From Nitrosomonas europaea (GTDB lineage Bacteria; Pseudomonadota; Gammaproteobacteria; Burkholderiales; Nitrosomonadaceae), in assembly GCF_900167395.1 (NCBI RefSeq), contig NZ_FUWK01000053.1, forward strand, positions 1-14,104: DNA of 14,104 bases, read 5' to 3'. This document shows positions 1 through 9,221 of this stretch, piece after piece. The position numbers and the translations under genes are program-made. Each line of letters starts with the position of its first letter. Positions within the stretch are counted from its first letter, which is position 1. The notes under the pieces are model-generated. The model was not told the origin of the DNA. It was given only the letters and a program-made list of their open reading frames with translations, and did no database searches.

Positions 1-1178
1 AATTTGAGCGGGTGAAGCCGCATGTGAATGTGGGAACGATTGGTCATGTGGATCATGGAAAGACGACGTTGACGGCGGCGATTACGACGATACTGACGAA
101 GAAGTTTGGTGGAGAAGCCAAATCATACGATCAGATTGACTCGGCGCCGGAAGAACGTGCACGCGGAATTACTATCAATACATCCCACGTTGAATACGAA
201 ACAGACAAGCGCCATTACGCACACGTAGACTGTCCTGGTCATGCTGACTATGTGAAGAACATGATTACCGGAGCGGCACAAATGGATGGTGCCATTCTGG
301 TGGTATCAGCAGCTGATGGTCCGATGCCGCAAACGCGTGAGCATATTTTGCTGGCTCGGCAAGTGGGGGTGCCCTACATCATCGTTTTCATGAACAAAGC
401 GGACATGGTAGACGATGCTGAATTGCTTGAACTTGTCGAAATGGAGATACGCGAACTATTGTCCAACTATGATTTTCCGGGTGACGACACACCTATTATC
501 ATTGGTTCGGCATTGAAAGCGCTGGAAGGAGATAAGAGTGATATTGGTGAAGCCGCCATTCTGAAATTGGCAGAGGCACTGGATTCGTATATACCGGAGC
601 CAGAAAGGGCAATTGATGGGGCTTTCATCATGCCTGTGGAAGACGTCTTCTCAATCTCTGGGCGTGGGACCGTAGTCACGGGGCGTGTGGAGCGTGGGAT
701 AGTCAAAGTAGGTGATGAAATCGAAATCGTTGGATTGAAACCCACGATCAAGACAGTATGTACCGGTGTGGAGATGTTCCGTAAATTGCTGGATCAGGGG
801 CAGGCTGGTGATAACGTGGGTATCCTGTTAAGAGGTACCAAGCGAGAAGAAGTGGAGCGTGGGCAGGTACTTGCCAAACCCGGCAGCATACTGCCACACA
901 CCAAGTTTACTGCAGAGATCTATGTGTTGAGCAAAGAAGAGGGTGGTCGTCATACACCATTTTTTGCGGGATATCGCCCACAGTTTTATTTCAGAACAAC
1001 GGATGTGACAGGATCGATTGAGTTACCGGCAGGTGTTGAGATGGTGATGCCCGGGGATAATATCTCGGTCACAGTCAATCTGATTGCGCCGATTGCAATG
1101 GATGAAGGGCTGCGTTTTGCAATCCGTGAAGGTGGACGTACCGTAGGCGCAGGCGTGGTCGCTAAAGTGATCGAGTGA
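1..1178 (+). CDS. tuf: Elongation factor Tu, 5'-truncated by the window edge. The frame continues upstream: nt 3-11 read F-E-R before the GTG listed as the start at nt 12.
   Basis: The translation [28 protein letters not shown]...[26 protein letters not shown]...NKAD... carries the G1 (GHVDHGKT), G3 (DCPGH) and G4 (NKAD) GTPase motifs and is collinear with EF-Tu to the C-terminus (stop TGA 1176-1178). EF-Tu normally begins M-x-K-x-KFER-x-KPH, so about 5 codons lie off-window and GTG-12 is an internal Val, not the start. Confidence 0.97.
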   Translation, partial: FERVKPHVNVGTIGHVDHGKTTLTAAITTILTKKFGGEAKSYDQIDSAPEERARGITINTSHVEYETDKRHYAHVDCPGHADYVKNMITGAAQMDGAILVVSAADGPMPQTREHILLARQVGVPYIIVFMNKADMVDDAELLELVEMEIRELLSNYDFPGDDTPIIIGSALKALEGDKSDIGEAAILKLAEALDSYIPEPERAIDGAFIMPVEDVFSISGRGTVVTGRVERGIVKVGDEIEIVGLKPTIKTVCTGVEMFRKLLDQGQAGDNVGILLRGTKREEVERGQVLAKPGSILPHTKFTAEIYVLSKEEGGRHTPFFAGYRPQFYFRTTDVTGSIELPAGVEMVMPGDNISVTVNLIAPIAMDEGLRFAIREGGRTVGAGVVAKVIE

Positions 1179-1223
1179 GTTTATAGAAGCTCTTGTAGTA
1201 TTGTTGTGAGTTTTAAAGAAAGT

Positions 1224-1299
1224 AGGCCAGTAGCTCAATTGGCAGAGCGTCGGTCTCCAAAACCGAAGGTTGGGGGTTCGATGCCCTCCTGGCCTGCCA
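1224..1299 (+). tRNA. trnW: tRNA-Trp (anticodon CCA), 76 nt with encoded 3' CCA
   Basis: Hand-folded cloverleaf: acceptor AGGCCAG/CTGGCCT, D-stem GCTC/GAGC, anticodon stem TCGGT/ACCGA with loop CTCCAAA (anticodon CCA), 5-nt variable loop, T-stem GGGGG/CCCTC (one G-U) with loop TTCGATG, discriminator G, then CCA. The position between tuf and secE is typical for betaproteobacteria. Confidence 0.93.
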
Positions 1300-1400
1300 T
1301 CAAATAGATGAAACAGATCTGATATCCTTAGTTTGAGTTAAAGATAAAAGACTAGTATTTCTGTTTTTTAAGAGTCAGATGTAATTTAAGAGATAAGAGA

Positions 1401-1745
1401 GTGAACAAATTTAAGCTTGGGTTGGCAACACTGTTGGCGGTGGCTGGCTTTTTCAGCTTTTATTTTTTTCAAGACAGTCCTACAGTAATCAGAGTGGTAA
1501 CCCTATTATTAGGGTTGGTTCTTGCATTTGTGGTCATTTTATTTACGACACAAGGAAAGCAATTATTCTTATTTTTTCAGGATTCAGTAGAAGAAGTAAA
1601 AAAAGTTGTTTGGCCCAGTAGAAAGGAAACATTGCAAATGGCCGGTGTGGTCTGTGCGTTTGTCATAGCGATGGCACTTTTTCTATGGGTCGTGGATTCG
1701 GGTTTAATGGCGGTTGTTAGATACGCAGTGGGTCAAGAGAGTTGA
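1401..1745 (+). CDS. secE: Preprotein translocase subunit SecE (114 aa, GTG start)
   Basis: Three predicted hydrophobic helices and the conserved SecE segment EVKKVVWPSRKET immediately before the last TM. The gene sits directly upstream of nusG. There is no in-frame ATG, GTG or TTG between the upstream stop (TAG 1353-1355) and GTG-1401. A purine-rich AAGAG lies about 8 nt upstream. Confidence 0.9.
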   Translation: MNKFKLGLATLLAVAGFFSFYFFQDSPTVIRVVTLLLGLVLAFVVILFTTQGKQLFLFFQDSVEEVKKVVWPSRKETLQMAGVVCAFVIAMALFLWVVDSGLMAVVRYAVGQES

Positions 1746-1763
1746 AAATGTTCCGGGAGGAAT

Positions 1764-2297
1764 ATGAGTAAGAAATGGTATGCCGTTCATACCTATTCGG
1801 GTTTTGAAAAGAGTGTAAAAAGAGCTTTAAAGGATCGGATAGCGCAGCATAAACTTGAGGATAAGTTTGGTGAGATTTTGATTCCTGTTGAAGAAGTTAT
1901 TGAGATTAAGGGTGGTCAAAAAAGTATAAGTGAAAGAAAATTTTTCCCAAGTTATATTTTGATTGAGATGGAGATGACCGATGAAACTTGGCATTTGGTT
2001 AAAGGTACGCCAAAAGTAACGGGATTCGTTGGTGGGACATCTACGCAACCTGTTCCAATAAGTCACAAGGAAATAGAAAGTATATTTAATCAAGTGAGGG
2101 AAGGGGTAGAAAAACCCAAGCCAAAAGTAATTTTTGAGGCAGGTGAGGCAGTACGTATCAAAGAAGGGCCATTTACTGATTTTCACGGGAATGTAGAAGA
2201 AGTTAATTACGATAAAAGTAAGTTGCAGGTATCCGTATCCATTTTTGGGCGGCCGACTCCTGTTGAATTGGATTTTCATCAGGTTGATAAGGTTTAG
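1764..2297 (+). CDS. nusG: Transcription termination/antitermination factor NusG (177 aa)
   Basis: The N-terminal NGN signature [16 protein letters not shown], the FPSYILIEM segment and the C-terminal KOW region ([40 protein letters not shown]) are collinear with E. coli NusG. SD GGGAGG at 1755-1760. The gene starts 18 nt after the secE stop. Confidence 0.97.
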   Translation: MSKKWYAVHTYSGFEKSVKRALKDRIAQHKLEDKFGEILIPVEEVIEIKGGQKSISERKFFPSYILIEMEMTDETWHLVKGTPKVTGFVGGTSTQPVPISHKEIESIFNQVREGVEKPKPKVIFEAGEAVRIKEGPFTDFHGNVEEVNYDKSKLQVSVSIFGRPTPVELDFHQVDKV

Positions 2298-2310
2298 TAA
2301 GAAATATAAG
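2284..2310 (+). promoter_or_regulatory. Candidate sigma70 promoter for rplKA (PL11-like): TTGATA - 15 nt - TATAAG, overlapping the nusG stop
   Basis: The -35 TTGATA (2284-2289) matches consensus at 5/6 and the -10 TATAAG (2305-2310) at 5/6. The spacer is only 15 nt, which is suboptimal. The location matches the known E. coli arrangement of an L11-operon promoter just after nusG. This rests on hexamer matching only. Confidence 0.3.
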
Positions 2311-2320
2311 TCGTTATTTA

Positions 2321-2346
2321 CAGCAAACATAAATCTGTGTTTGCTG
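2321..2346 (+). other. Perfect 9-bp stem-loop in the nusG-rplK spacer (CAGCAAACA / loop TAAATCTG / TGTTTGCTG)
   Basis: The inverted repeat was read directly from the sequence. No U-tract follows (TGGATTGAG), so it is not a canonical intrinsic terminator. It could be a leader 5' hairpin, a processing site or a weak pause site. Confidence 0.4.
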
Positions 2347-2421
2347 TGGATTGAGCAGTAACCCAATAAGGGGAGAGTGTTATGAGAGTAATGCTCGCTT
2401 GGACCCAGATAGGAGAATATT
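2347..2421 (+). promoter_or_regulatory. rplK 5' leader with a candidate L1 translational operator (23S rRNA L1-stalk mimic)
   Basis: GGGGAGAG (2370-2377) ... CUCGCUUGGACCC (2394-2406) can form GGG/CCC and GAGAG/CUCGC helices around an asymmetric loop. This ends 4 nt before the SD AGGAGA (2411-2416) and the TTG start. It resembles the GGGAG...GAC(C) L1-binding architecture described for E. coli and archaeal L1-regulated mRNAs. No covariance evidence is available here. Confidence 0.3.
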
Positions 2422-2853
2422 TTGGCAAAAAAAATAGTAGGTTATATAAAGCTGCAAATACCAGCAGGTAAAGCAAATCCAAGTCCTCCAGTGGGGCCAG
2501 CACTTGGGCAGCGCCAGCTGAATATTATGGAATTTTGTAAAGCTTTTAACGCAGCAACTCAAAAAATGGAGCCTGGATTGCCCGTGCCGGTGGTAATTAC
2601 AGCTTATGCAGATAAGAGTTTTACATTCATCCTGAAAACAACCCCTGCATCTGTTTTAATTAAGAAATTAGCCGGTCTCAGTAAAGGTAGCGCACAACCT
2701 CATGTAGATAAGGTGGGTAAATTAACCCGCAGTCAGGCAGAAGAAATCGCGAAAATAAAAATGGCTGATCTTACTGCTGCAGATATGGATGCAGCTGTCC
2801 GGACAATTGCCGGTAGTGCCCGGAGTATGGGTGTGGAAGTCGATGGGGTATGA
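2422..2853 (+). CDS. rplK: 50S ribosomal protein L11 (143 aa, TTG start)
   Basis: [44 protein letters not shown]... is collinear with E. coli L11 from residue 1 (MAKKVQAYVKLQVAAG...). This alignment forces the TTG at 2422 as the start. SD AGGAGA lies 5 nt upstream. Confidence 0.97.
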   Translation: MAKKIVGYIKLQIPAGKANPSPPVGPALGQRQLNIMEFCKAFNAATQKMEPGLPVPVVITAYADKSFTFILKTTPASVLIKKLAGLSKGSAQPHVDKVGKLTRSQAEEIAKIKMADLTAADMDAAVRTIAGSARSMGVEVDGV

Positions 2854-2854
2854 T

Positions 2855-3547
2855 ATGGCCAAAACTTCAAAGCGTTATAGAGAAATAGTACAAAAAATTG
2901 ACCGTAGTCAGCTGTACTCGCTGGTTGATGCATTAGCACTTGTGAAAGAAACTGCGGTAGCTAAATTTGATGAATCAGTTGATATTGCAATAAATCTTGG
3001 TATTGATGTACGTAAATCTGACCAAGTGGTAAGAGGATCGGTAGTTTTGCCATCGGGAACCGGTAAGTCAGTCAGAGTGGCAGTGTTTGCACAAGGAGAT
3101 AAGGCTAAAGAGGCTTTAGATGCAGGTGCAGATATTGTGGGGTTTGAAGACCTTGCTGAACGTGTGAAAGCAGGGGAGATCAATTTTGACTTGGCTATTG
3201 CTAGCCCTGATGCAATGCGGGTAGTTGGGCAATTAGGGCAGATACTTGGCCCTCGGGGATTAATGCCAAATCCAAAGGTGGGTACGGTAACAGTTGATGT
3301 TATAAACGCAATTAGAAATGCCAAAGCAGGGCAGGTTCAATTCAGAGCTGATAAAGCCGGTATAGTACACTGCACAGTGGGTAGGGCTTCTTTTGATGTA
3401 GAAGCCTTGAGAGCAAATATTATGGCATTGGTTGATGCGTTAAATAAATCCAAGCCGACAACATCTAAAGGTGTTTATCTACGTAAGATGGCTATCTCAA
3501 GCACCATGGGTGTGGGTGTGCGTGTAGATCATACGGCAATAGTTTAA
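2855..3547 (+). CDS. rplA: 50S ribosomal protein L1 (230 aa)
   Basis: [32 protein letters not shown]...[34 protein letters not shown]... is typical L1. ATG-2855 lies 1 nt after the rplK stop (TGA 2851-2853), which fits translational coupling. The 22-codon extension in the ORF track (from 2789) overlaps rplK and has no homology to L1 N-termini. Confidence 0.95.
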   Translation: MAKTSKRYREIVQKIDRSQLYSLVDALALVKETAVAKFDESVDIAINLGIDVRKSDQVVRGSVVLPSGTGKSVRVAVFAQGDKAKEALDAGADIVGFEDLAERVKAGEINFDLAIASPDAMRVVGQLGQILGPRGLMPNPKVGTVTVDVINAIRNAKAGQVQFRADKAGIVHCTVGRASFDVEALRANIMALVDALNKSKPTTSKGVYLRKMAISSTMGVGVRVDHTAIV

Positions 3548-3851
3548 GTGTAATAAAAGGCTTTGGGCTGCTGATATAGGCAAATCAGCAGGTTATCAAA
3601 GACCGTTGGGGCTGTTTAAATCATAAATCAGTATTCTATGCTGATTTATGAAATAAAAGCTTAATTGCAATCAAAAGGCGATGCCGGCTAGATAAGCGGT
3701 AAGCTTAATAGTTGTGCCCAACGCAGATGGCGTGCCCATAAAGCAGGCAGAAGAAGATTTCTCCTGATTAGGACGCCGTTGTATAGCAGAAGGATATCGT
3801 TGTAAATAACGGTAGGTTTTTATTGGCTGAATTCTAACTGGAGAATATCTT
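3548..3851 (+). promoter_or_regulatory. rplJ (L10) leader region: 304-nt structured spacer, probable L10(L12)4 autoregulatory leader plus an internal promoter
   Basis: Hairpins read from the sequence: 3568-3591 (8-bp stem CTGCTGAT/ATCAGCAG); 3621-3651 (perfect 11-bp stem TCATAAATCAG/CTGATTTATGA); 3729-3777 (composite bulged stem GGCGT-g-CC...GGACGCC enclosing CAGG-c-AGAA/TTCTCCTG); 3796-3821 (6-bp stem followed by T5). A weak sigma70 candidate is TTGCAA (3665-3670) - 18 nt - TAGATA (3689-3694). E. coli and many other bacteria carry a long L10-binding leader at this position. Confidence 0.4.
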
Positions 3852-4367
3852 TTGAGTCATAACCTCGAGGGAAAGAAAGCGATTGTAGCCGAGGTAAGTA
3901 GTCAAGTTGCAAAAGCTCAGGCCATTGTAATAGCTGAATATCGTGGGCTGGGTGTTGATCAGTTTACTCGACTGCGAGTCAAAGCACGTGAGTCTGGAAT
4001 TTATTTCCGAGTAATCAAGAATACCTTCGCAAGAAGGGCTGTTGCCGATACCCCATTTTCTGGATTGGCAGAATCGATGGTGGGGCCGCTTGCTTATGGG
4101 ATAGGTAGCGATCCTGTTGCTACTGCAAAAATTCTTCATGAGTTTGCCAAGGATAATGATCGTTTTGTAATCAAAGCTGGTGCTATGGCTGGAATAGTAA
4201 TGTCCGATAAGGATGTGGCTGCTCTGGCTGTGTTGCCCAGCCGAGAGGAATTGCTGTCCAAGTTGCTTGGTACCATGCAGGCTCCTATTGCAAAATTTGT
4301 TAGAACACTTAATGAAGTACCTTCAAAGTTTGTACGTGGACTTGCTGCGGTGCGTGATAAAAAATAA
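3852..4367 (+). CDS. rplJ: 50S ribosomal protein L10 (171 aa, TTG start)
   Basis: [42 protein letters not shown]... aligns from residue 1 with E. coli L10 (MALNLQDKQAIVAEV...), and the C-terminus [22 protein letters not shown] also matches. The only start compatible with this alignment is TTG-3852. SD-like TGGAGA at 3839-3844. Confidence 0.95.
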   Translation: MSHNLEGKKAIVAEVSSQVAKAQAIVIAEYRGLGVDQFTRLRVKARESGIYFRVIKNTFARRAVADTPFSGLAESMVGPLAYGIGSDPVATAKILHEFAKDNDRFVIKAGAMAGIVMSDKDVAALAVLPSREELLSKLLGTMQAPIAKFVRTLNEVPSKFVRGLAAVRDKK

Positions 4368-4437
4368 TTGGCACATATAGTCGGCTAAAACGATTTATAT
4401 CAGATTGGTTAGAATTTAATTTATATCAGGAGTAGAA

Positions 4438-4812
4438 ATGGCTATAGCAAAAGCGGAAATTTTAGAATCTATTGCGAATATGACAGTTCTGGAATTGTCT
4501 GAGCTGATTAAGGAAATGGAAGAGAAGTTTGGTGTTTCAGCCGCTGCTGCAACGGTTGCTGTCGCTGCAGCACCCGCAGCTGCCGCAGCTGTCGAGGAAC
4601 AAACTGAATTCTCCGTAATCCTTACTGCAGCAGGTGATAACAAAGTTAACGTTATTAAGGTTGTCAGAGCTGTTACTGGATTGGGTTTGAAAGAAGCGAA
4701 GGATTTGGTCGATGGTGCGCCTAAGACAGTTAAGGAAGGTATTTCTAAGGAAGATGCCGAGTCACTTAAAAAGCAATTAGTTGAGGCTGGCGCTGGTTGC
4801 GAGATCAAATAA
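4438..4812 (+). CDS. rplL: 50S ribosomal protein L7/L12 (124 aa)
   Basis: N-terminal dimerisation helix ([26 protein letters not shown]), Ala/Pro-rich hinge, and C-terminal domain with [37 protein letters not shown] at 4428-4432. Confidence 0.97.
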   Translation: MAIAKAEILESIANMTVLELSELIKEMEEKFGVSAAAATVAVAAAPAAAAAVEEQTEFSVILTAAGDNKVNVIKVVRAVTGLGLKEAKDLVDGAPKTVKEGISKEDAESLKKQLVEAGAGCEIK

Positions 4813-4828
4813 GGCTATTAGTTATTGA

Positions 4829-4869
4829 GGCTGGCAAGTGCGTATGGTGTACTGCCAGCCTTTGTTATT
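4829..4869 (+). terminator. Intrinsic terminator / attenuator between rplL and rpoB
   Basis: Stem GGCTGGCA (4829-4836) / TGCCAGCC (4853-4860), extendable by 2 more bp past a 1-nt bulge, followed directly by TTTGTTATT. It starts 17 nt after the rplL stop. A partial terminator at this position is established for the E. coli rplJL-rpoBC operon. Confidence 0.6.
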
Positions 4870-5147
4870 AGAGGCAAGAGTTTGCTTCCACATAATAAAA
4901 TAAGATCAGTTAGTCAGGCGATAATAAGCACCTTCAATTTTACGTGATTATCCTAACGATCTGATTTAGTTGTATAAGCTTTTGAACATCTTTATCTATA
5001 GTTAATGAACTGTCTGGATGGAGTGTTTCTCTACATCGCCCACGCGCCTTTGGCAGATAGGTTAAGGTTATAACCTTATTCAGATTTGGTGTAATCAGAT
5101 AAATCACCCCGCAACCCGATCATATCTTCAGTGCACGGAGAAATTTA

Positions 5148-8100
5148 ATGAGTTATTCGTTTGCCGAGAAAAAACGTATTCGGAAGAGCTTTGCCAAGCG
5201 TGCCAGTATTCTACCATTTCCGTTTCTCCTCGCTACTCAAATACAGTCTTATACTGATTTTCTGCAGGCAGAAATTGCGCCTGGTAAACGCAAGAATCAG
5301 GGGCTACAGGCTGCATTTAACTCAGTTTTTCCAATAGAGAGTCATTCTAATAATGCTCGTCTGGATTTTATAAGTTATATGCTTGGTTCTCCTGTATTTG
5401 ATGTCAAAGAATGCCAGCAAAGGGGCTTGACTTACGCAGCTCCGTTACGTGCCAGGGTTAGATTGACCATTCTGGACAAGGAAGCGTCAAAGCCGACAGT
5501 CAAAGAAGTCAAAGAGCAGGAAGTGTATATGGGAGAAATTCCTCTCATGACTGATACTGGTTCTTTTGTTGTCAATGGTACAGAACGCGTTATTGTTTCA
5601 CAGTTGCATCGCTCGCCTGGTGTATTTTTTGAGCATGATCGAGGCAAGACTCATTCATCCGGAAAATTATTGTTTTCTGCCCGTATTATTCCGTATCGTG
5701 GTTCATGGCTGGATTTTGAGTTTGATCCCAAGGATTATGTTTATTTCAGGATTGATCGTCGCCGCAAAATGCCGGTTACGACTCTCCTAAAAGCGATGGG
5801 GTATTCTCCCGCACAAATTCTCGCGGATTTTTTTGAGTTCGATCATTTTATCCTCGTGGACAATAAGATTTTCTTCAATCTTATACCTGAGCGCTTGCGT
5901 GGAGAGTTGGCTGGTTTTGATATAGTTTCTGAAGATGGCAAGGTTTTTGTACAGAAAGACAAACGAATAACGGCCAAGCATGTTCGTGATTTGCAGCAGG
6001 CTAACCTCACTAAAATTCCTGTACCTGAAGAATTTCTGCTGGGAAAGATTCTGGCTGCGGATCTCGTAGATAAGGAAACAGGGGAAATTATTGCGCTGGC
6101 CAACAGTGAAATAAGTGAAACGTTACTTGGACGAATCAGGCAAACTCAGAGCAGTGAAATCAGCACGCTGTTTGTAAATGATCTTAACTACGGTCCTTAT
6201 ATTTCACAAACATTGAGGATTGATGAGACCACTGACCAGATGTCTGCCCAGGTTGCTATTTACAGAATGATGCGGCCAGGTGAGCCACCCACTGAAGAAG
6301 CCGTTCTGGCTTTGTTCAATGGTTTGTTTTATTCCCCAGAGCGTTATGATTTGTCCGTCGTCGGGCGGATGAAATTCAATCGTCGGGTGGGGCGCGAGGA
6401 ATTAACGGGATCTACGACTCTATCAAATGACGATATCATCGATGTTATCAAGATACTGGTCGAGCTGCGCAATGGTCGAGGAGAGATCGATGATATTGAT
6501 CACTTAGGTAATCGTCGTGTTCGTTCTGTGGGTGAGTTGGCGGAAAACCAGTTTAGAGCAGGGCTGGCACGAGTCGAGAAGGCGGTCAAAGAACGTTTGA
6601 GTCAGGCAGAATCCGAAAATCTTATGCCACATGACTTTATTAATGCCAAGCCGGTCTCTTCCGCGATTCGTGAGTTTTTTGGATCGAGTCAGCTATCACA
6701 ATTCATGGATCAGACTAACCCTTTGTCTGAGGTTACGCATAAAAGACGGATTTCAGCATTGGGGCCTGGTGGTTTGACACGGGAACGTGCAGGTTTTGAG
6801 GTGCGAGATGTGCATCCAACCCACTATGGTCGTGTTTGTCCGATTGAAACACCTGAAGGTCCCAATATCGGTCTGATCAACTCACTGGCTCTTTATGCCA
6901 GAACCAATGAATATGGATTCATAGAAACTCCGTATCGAATGGTTAGAAATGGACGGGTTACTGAAGAAGTCGTATACCTTTCAGCAATTGAAGAAAGTCA
7001 ATATGTGATCGCACAGGCGAATGCGAATTTTGACCAGAATGGGGTATTTACCGATGAAGTCGTTTCCTGCCGCCACAAAAATGAGTTTACTCTGGCATCA
7101 AGAGATCAAATTGAATATGTAGATATTGCACCTGCACAAATTGTTTCTGTAGCAGCATCTCTGATCCCCTTCCTGGAGCATGATGATGCTAACCGTGCAC
7201 TGATGGGATCAAATATGCAACGTCAGGCCGTACCCTGTTTGCGTGCCGAGAAACCGTTAGTGGGCACGGGGATAGAGCGAGTAGTTGCCGTGCATTCTGG
7301 AACTGCCGTCAGAACGATACGTGGTGGTGTGGTGGATTATGTGGATGCCAGTCGTATAGTGATCCGTGTGCACGATGCGGAGGCTCGTGCTGGTGAAGTG
7401 GGTGTGGATATCTACAATCTTACAAAATATACTCGTTCAAACCAGAATACCAATATCAATCAAAGACCTATTGTAAGAATGGGTGATGTGCTCTCTCGTG
7501 ACGATGTAATTGCAGATGGCGCATCGACGGACTTGGGTGAACTGGCTCTTGGTCAGAATATGCTAATAGCATTTATGCCTTGGAACGGACTTAATTTCGA
7601 GGATTCTATTCTGATATCTGAACGGGTTGTATCTGATGACCGATTTACTTCAATCCATATTGAGGAATTGGCAGCAGTCAGTCGTGATACCAAACTGGGT
7701 ACCGAGGAAATAACTGCGGATATACCAAACCTGTCTGAACGCCAGCGTGCACGGCTTGATGAGTCTGGGATAGTTTACATTGGTGCTGAAGTTGAAGCCG
7801 GGGATGTATTGGTGGGTAAAGTAACACCAAAGAGTGAAACACAGCTGACACCGGAAGAAAAGCTTCTGCGAGCCATTTTTGGAGAAAAGGCTTCTGATGT
7901 CAAAGATACATCTTTGCATGTGCCGGCTGGTATTTCGGGGACAGTGATCGATGTACAGATTTTTACCCGTGAGGGAGTGGATCGCGACAAACGTTCCAAA
8001 CAAATAATCGCAGATGAACTGGGCCGCTTTAAAAAGGATCTTGCTGATCAGATGCGTATCGTTGAAGCAGATGCGTTTCAACGTGCAGAGCGCTTGCTTA

Positions 8101-9221
8101 CTGGCAAAGTTGCTGCTGGCGGACCTAAAAAACTAGCCAAAAATTCGACCATCACTCGTGATTATCTCGAAAATGTGGAAAAGCACCACTGGTTTGATAT
8201 ACGTCTGGTCGATGAAAACACAAGTCTTCAACTGGAACAGATCAAAGATAGTCTGGTTCAGAAGCGAAAACTGTTTGATCTTGCATTTGAAGAGAAACAC
8301 CGAAAACTTTCTCAAGGCGATGAATTACCGCCTGGTGTACAGAAAATGGTGAAAGTCTATATCGCTGTAAAAAGAAGATTGCAGTCTGGCGATAAGATGG
8401 CTGGTCGACATGGAAACAAAGGTGTTATTTCCAAGATTGTACCGATAGAAGATATGCCTTATATGGCGGATGGCACACCAGTTGATGTTGTGCTGAATCC
8501 ATTGGGTGTTCCTTCACGTATGAATATTGGTCAGGTACTCGAAGTGCATTTGGGATGGGCTGCCAAGGAGCTGGGTAAACGGGTGAATGAAATGCTGGCC
8601 TCTCAGCGTAATGTTTCTGATATCCGCGATTTTCTAAATAAAATTTATAACAATAGTGGTAAACAGGAAGATCTGACTTCTCTGGAGGATGATGAAGTAC
8701 TGGCATTGGCAAGAAATCTGTCGAGTGGAGTGCCTTTTGCTACTCCGGTGTTTGATGGTGCACATGAGTCAGAGATCAAACAGATGCTGAAACTGGCTGG
8801 ATTGCCTGAGTCTGGTCAAACTACACTCTATGATGGTAGAACGGGGGAAGCTTTTGATCGTCCGGTTACTGTAGGTTATATGCATGTGCTAAAACTTCAT
8901 CATCTGGTAGATGACAAGATGCATGCGCGCTCAACAGGTCCATATAGCCTTGTTACTCAACAACCATTAGGTGGTAAGGCCCAATTTGGGGGGCAGCGGT
9001 TTGGTGAAATGGAGGTTTGGGCACTGGAAGCTTATGGCGCATCCTATACCCTTCAGGAAATGCTTACTGTGAAATCTGATGACGTTAATGGACGGACCAA
9101 GGTTTATGAGAGTATCGTCAAAGGTGATCATAAAATTGATGCGGGTATGCCGGAATCATTCAATGTACTGGTTAAGGAAATCAGATCTCTGGGGCTTGAT
9201 ATTGACTTGGAAGAGCATTGA
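5148..9221 (+). CDS. rpoB: DNA-directed RNA polymerase subunit beta (1357 aa)
   Basis: Collinear over its full length with E. coli RpoB: [15 protein letters not shown]..., the rifampicin cluster [106 protein letters not shown] at 5137-5140. Confidence 0.99.
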   Translation: MSYSFAEKKRIRKSFAKRASILPFPFLLATQIQSYTDFLQAEIAPGKRKNQGLQAAFNSVFPIESHSNNARLDFISYMLGSPVFDVKECQQRGLTYAAPLRARVRLTILDKEASKPTVKEVKEQEVYMGEIPLMTDTGSFVVNGTERVIVSQLHRSPGVFFEHDRGKTHSSGKLLFSARIIPYRGSWLDFEFDPKDYVYFRIDRRRKMPVTTLLKAMGYSPAQILADFFEFDHFILVDNKIFFNLIPERLRGELAGFDIVSEDGKVFVQKDKRITAKHVRDLQQANLTKIPVPEEFLLGKILAADLVDKETGEIIALANSEISETLLGRIRQTQSSEISTLFVNDLNYGPYISQTLRIDETTDQMSAQVAIYRMMRPGEPPTEEAVLALFNGLFYSPERYDLSVVGRMKFNRRVGREELTGSTTLSNDDIIDVIKILVELRNGRGEIDDIDHLGNRRVRSVGELAENQFRAGLARVEKAVKERLSQAESENLMPHDFINAKPVSSAIREFFGSSQLSQFMDQTNPLSEVTHKRRISALGPGGLTRERAGFEVRDVHPTHYGRVCPIETPEGPNIGLINSLALYARTNEYGFIETPYRMVRNGRVTEEVVYLSAIEESQYVIAQANANFDQNGVFTDEVVSCRHKNEFTLASRDQIEYVDIAPAQIVSVAASLIPFLEHDDANRALMGSNMQRQAVPCLRAEKPLVGTGIERVVAVHSGTAVRTIRGGVVDYVDASRIVIRVHDAEARAGEVGVDIYNLTKYTRSNQNTNINQRPIVRMGDVLSRDDVIADGASTDLGELALGQNMLIAFMPWNGLNFEDSILISERVVSDDRFTSIHIEELAAVSRDTKLGTEEITADIPNLSERQRARLDESGIVYIGAEVEAGDVLVGKVTPKSETQLTPEEKLLRAIFGEKASDVKDTSLHVPAGISGTVIDVQIFTREGVDRDKRSKQIIADELGRFKKDLADQMRIVEADAFQRAERLLTGKVAAGGPKKLAKNSTITRDYLENVEKHHWFDIRLVDENTSLQLEQIKDSLVQKRKLFDLAFEEKHRKLSQGDELPPGVQKMVKVYIAVKRRLQSGDKMAGRHGNKGVISKIVPIEDMPYMADGTPVDVVLNPLGVPSRMNIGQVLEVHLGWAAKELGKRVNEMLASQRNVSDIRDFLNKIYNNSGKQEDLTSLEDDEVLALARNLSSGVPFATPVFDGAHESEIKQMLKLAGLPESGQTTLYDGRTGEAFDRPVTVGYMHVLKLHHLVDDKMHARSTGPYSLVTQQPLGGKAQFGGQRFGEMEVWALEAYGASYTLQEMLTVKSDDVNGRTKVYESIVKGDHKIDAGMPESFNVLVKEIRSLGLDIDLEEH

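Noticed and set aside
1333-1361. A possible secE-nusG promoter, TTGAGT - 17 nt - TATTTC, between tRNA-Trp and secE.
   Set aside because: The -10 match is poor and the region is AT-rich, so such matches arise by chance. Co-transcription from tuf/tRNA-Trp promoters is an equally good explanation. The support is too weak to list it as a feature.
2789-2854. A 22-codon N-terminal extension of the rplA ORF in the track ([22 protein letters not shown]...).
   Set aside because: It overlaps the 3' end of rplK in another frame and has no counterpart in L1 proteins. MAKTSKRY at ATG-2855, 1 nt after the rplK stop, matches L1 N-termini.
4786-4812. A cysteine near the L7/L12 C-terminus (…[10 protein letters not shown]). 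L7/L12 proteins are usually Cys-free.
   Set aside because: The Cys aligns with a buried hydrophobic position (Val in E. coli ...AGAEVEVK) and is a conservative substitution. There is no indication of a frameshift or functional novelty.
5005-5073. A 22-aa ORF (MNCLDGVFLYIAHAPLADRLRL) in the rplL-rpoB spacer.
   Set aside because: There is no SD upstream (TATCTATAGTTA) and no features of a leader peptide or toxin. It ends inside the 14-nt palindrome and is most likely a chance ORF.
6669-6785. The RpoB rifampicin-resistance cluster reads [24 protein letters not shown], with Thr where E. coli has Asn-518 and Val where E. coli has Ile-524.
   Set aside because: As far as I recall, the same QTNPLSEV sequence is the wild-type state in other betaproteobacteria such as Neisseria. 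The key resistance positions (D516, H526, S531 in E. coli numbering) are wild type. This is not evidence of a resistance allele.
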